In this document: positions 61,196-64,000 of the stretch, in pieces
Layout of the letters: each line of letters opens with the position of its first letter
Position numbering within the stretch: the stretch's first letter is position 1
NCBI RefSeq assembly: GCF_002113885.1
Contig: NW_018404940.1
Coordinates: 286,146-350,145 of the forward strand
Length of the DNA stretch: 64,000 nt
Reading direction: 5' to 3'
DNA from: Mizuhopecten yessoensis
Taxonomy: Eukaryota
Notes under the pieces: model-generated
Database searches by the model: none
What the model was told of the DNA's origin: nothing
The model's input: only the letters and a program-made list of their open reading frames with translations
Translations under genes and position numbers: made by a program

Positions 61196-63486
61196 TTATG
61201 TTGTGATACTGGCGAGAAGTTCTGTGTCCACAACAATGTCCTCGCGCCACACACTGGAGTCTTTCTGAAGCTTGTGTACAAGGATGACGTGACGACGGAT
61301 GGTAGAGATTGAGTTAAATGCCTGACCACAAAGCTTACACGAGTATGGCTTCTCTCCACGGTGGATAATTTCGTGGCGCCTGAGTGACTGACGTTGAGTA
61401 AAGCCACGACCACAGTGTCCACACAAGAACTTCTTCTCCATGTGAATTGCCTGGTGGATGGTCATGCATGACTTCTGCTTGAAGGCTTTACCGCAGATTT
61501 TGCACACAAAGTTCTTGGCTGAGGAGTGGATGAGCTTGTGTGTGGCTAGAGACTTCTCATACCCAAACACCTTACCACACTGATCACACTGGTGGTCATA
61601 AATTCTCATGTGGATGATTTTGGTGTGTTCTTGTAATGCTGCTTTGGAAGAAAATGTTTTATGACAGATATAACAAAAGTGCTTCACCTCCCTGACTTCA
61701 CGATCAAACTCCGACTCAGGTTCATGTTTTCGTCGAGAGTGTGTTCGGAGAAGGCTGGGGTTAGCGAAAGACTTATCACAAGATGAGCAAGGATATATAG
61801 GCTTCACATAGCCCGGTTCATGGGATTTGACATGAAGTTTTAAACTTGTGTTGACTTTATAGCGCTTGCCACAAATGTCGCAACAATACTTGGGAGGATT
61901 ATGAATCAATATGCGATGTCTCTTCATATCAAAAAGACTAGGGTACAATTTCCCACAAATATTGCAGTTCGTTGCTACATTTAGATGAGCTCTTCGATTG
62001 TGTGCATACAAACTTTTTCTATCCTTGGCAATGAATTCACACTCAGGACACTTTATATTGGTATCAGGGCCTGTGTTTTTTCTGGGTCGACCACGCTTTC
62101 TTTTGCCCTCCATAGATGTTTCTTGTTTTAGCATGTTTTTTTTCATTTTTTTCATTTTGGTGTACCGCTTTGGTGGCCTTTCAACCCTCCGCTTCCTGTA
62201 TTTCCTTTTTTTCACCTTCACAGATACTATACTTTCTTCAGACACCTCAGAATCAAAATTCTCAACTTCTTCAGACTGTTCTGTGTCGGAATCTAAATGG
62301 TAGTCTGCATCACCATGGTCAGATTTAGTTGCTTCTTCATTTACATCATCATCTGGCTCATCCCCATCATCCTGTTTTTGCTCATCACTTGCTTCATGAG
62401 GAGATTCACTGATTGGTTCAGAAACTGACTCTGATGTCCTTTTGTCTCTTGAATTCTCTGGAGTTTCCAGCGATTTTTTTGTCACTGTGACACTTTCGTC
62501 CTGCTCATCTTTAATCTTCACTTCCATCTCCCCATCCTTCTGTCCAGTGACCTGTGTTGGAGTTGTCATTCTCTGACTAGCAGATCCTTCTTGAACTCCA
62601 CTAATTTGGCTCAGTAGATCTAGATTTGTCACTAATTCTTTTCCTGGTAAACCGTGGCTAGACTGAGTTGCCTCCCCTTGATGTACAAGATTATCTCCTG
62701 CAATGTTAGCAGTTGTTTCTAGTCTATCTATGGTCCCTTCTATATCGCCACCAGTTGGTGCTGAACTGTTACCAAGGGAAGGTAGATCTAAGCTATCTCC
62801 CACATTCATTGGATTTTTTTCATTTATATTGGCAGATGGCAGTCCAACATTTGAATCGTATTGCCTATCTCCTATGTTTGCTGGGGTGTAAGATCTTTCC
62901 CGATTGTCAAAGTGTCTGTCCATCATGTTTGGCTGTGTGTATGGTCCCATTCTTGGATCATAATGACGTTCCCCACTATACCCAGGGGTGTAAGGTCCAC
63001 CTCTGGTATCGTAAAATTTATCTCCACTGTTTGTTTGCATGTATGATGTTCCCCTTGGATCATGTACTCTATCAGCCATGTTTCCAGCATATAAATACCA
63101 TCCCCGGTTGTCGAAATTCCTATTACCTGTTGTACCTGGTGTATAAGGACTGCCTCTGCTGTCATAGAAACGATCACCATTGTTGCCAGTATATGACCCA
63201 ACCCTTGAATCATAGTAACGGTCAGCTGTGTTCCCCGATGTATAAGACCGATCCCGCAGGTCTGGTTGGTCACTCATTCCGCCATGCCCATCCCGCACAC
63301 TGGGATTATTGATGTTTGTATCAGGGGTCATCATACGTTTGTTATGTGATATCTTTAGATCTTTAGCAGGTGAGTAGGCACTGGATACCATGGCAACCGC
63401 ACCATATATGGCCATAGTGTTTTCCAGCATGCTGTGGACGAAGGTCATCTGTGACCAGTCACCAACTATCTCAAAGTTGCTGTTTC
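61196..63486 (-). CDS. C2H2 zinc-finger protein 2, large terminal exon (5' exon(s) probably outside window): end of KH-like domain, 17-aa repeats, acidic tract, AT-hook, 9 fingers
   Basis: The ORF-track N-terminus (MKLYTF..) looks intronic. Acceptor TATATATTTCAG|GA AAC at 63487/63486 (phase 1). KRGRPRK AT-hook at ~62075-62098. Nine fingers at 61274-62056. Stop at 61196. Confidence 0.9.
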
Positions 63487-63664
63487 CTGAAATATATACA
63501 GAACAGTATGTTACCACAAAAGTGTACAATTTCATATTCAGTCATAAAATGCAGGCAGACTTTAAGAAATACTTCTAGCCCAACTTATAATTGCATAGCA
63601 AGCACTGAAAACTTCCACATGGCAAAAGGTGAGCAAAGTAGCATTCTATGGTTGGTAGGTGATT

Positions 63665-63805
63665 AATGAAATCTTCCACAACCTTGAAGGTGTGGCAGAA
63701 ATCGCCAACCCAAGCCTGAGTGATTTATTTGGTTGTTCATCCAAAGGCTTTGCCGAAGGTTAGACAATCAAATAACACCTCAAGGTTCACCCCCAAGGAT
63801 TGGAA
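63665..63805. repeat. Hairpin-rich interspersed repeat fragment in ZNF2 intron
   Basis: TTATTTGGTTGT..CCAAAGGCTTTGCCGAAGG..ACAATCAAATAA inverted repeat. Confidence 0.4.
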
Positions 63806-64000
63806 ACAAAAATGTATCTGATTTTTTTTTTACCATTAGTCATATCCGTCAGGATTTGTGCTTTGTCATTAGTGTCATTATGTAGCTCAAGATAAGGGAT
63901 GATAATTTTTCTCCCATCCCTCTGTTTTAGTCACAATCCATCTGATAGGGTGCCACAGTAGCCATGATTGCTAATGCCCGCAGTCAATGTACTATTGTGT

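Noticed and set aside
53996-63312. Antisense and alternative-frame ORFs overlapping the ZNF genes (e.g. 62713-63312, 56011-56409)
   Set aside because: Shadow ORFs of real coding sequence; no recognisable domains.
63487-63535. ORF-track start MKLYTFVVTYCSVYIS as a signal peptide or true N-terminus of ZNF2
   Set aside because: AT-rich sequence ending in a TTTCAG acceptor; homology to ZNF1 indicates the domain continues in an upstream exon.

Overview
Eukaryotic, AT-rich, repeat-laden animal genomic DNA. A bivalve mollusc is inferred from the repeat types and the transporter; there is no prokaryotic content and no CRISPR array. (1) A complete 13-coding-exon SLC6 Na+/Cl- dependent transporter gene (taurine/creatine/GABA subgroup) lies on + at 5844..37273. 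It gives a 2019-nt CDS (672 aa) with all GT-AG junctions in compatible phase. It has an unusual EL2 Cys->Gly change, a TM3 Glu and TM10 Arg, and an inverted pair of TonE/ORE-consensus sites in intron 3. (2) A transposon graveyard at about 42.3-51.2 kb holds a Helentron-type element with a nested L1/Tx1 copy and a PIF1 helicase remnant, plus three CR1/L2-type LINE remnants. (3) Two tandem, paralogous 9-finger C2H2 zinc-finger genes lie on - at 53694..56150 and 61196..63486 (the second 5'-incomplete). They share an N-terminal GXXG-less KH-like domain and a C-terminal WREDIV motif, and are the best candidate for an undescribed system here. Numerous mini/satellites (including a 5-kb 44-bp array in SLC6 intron 5) and MITEs are also present.
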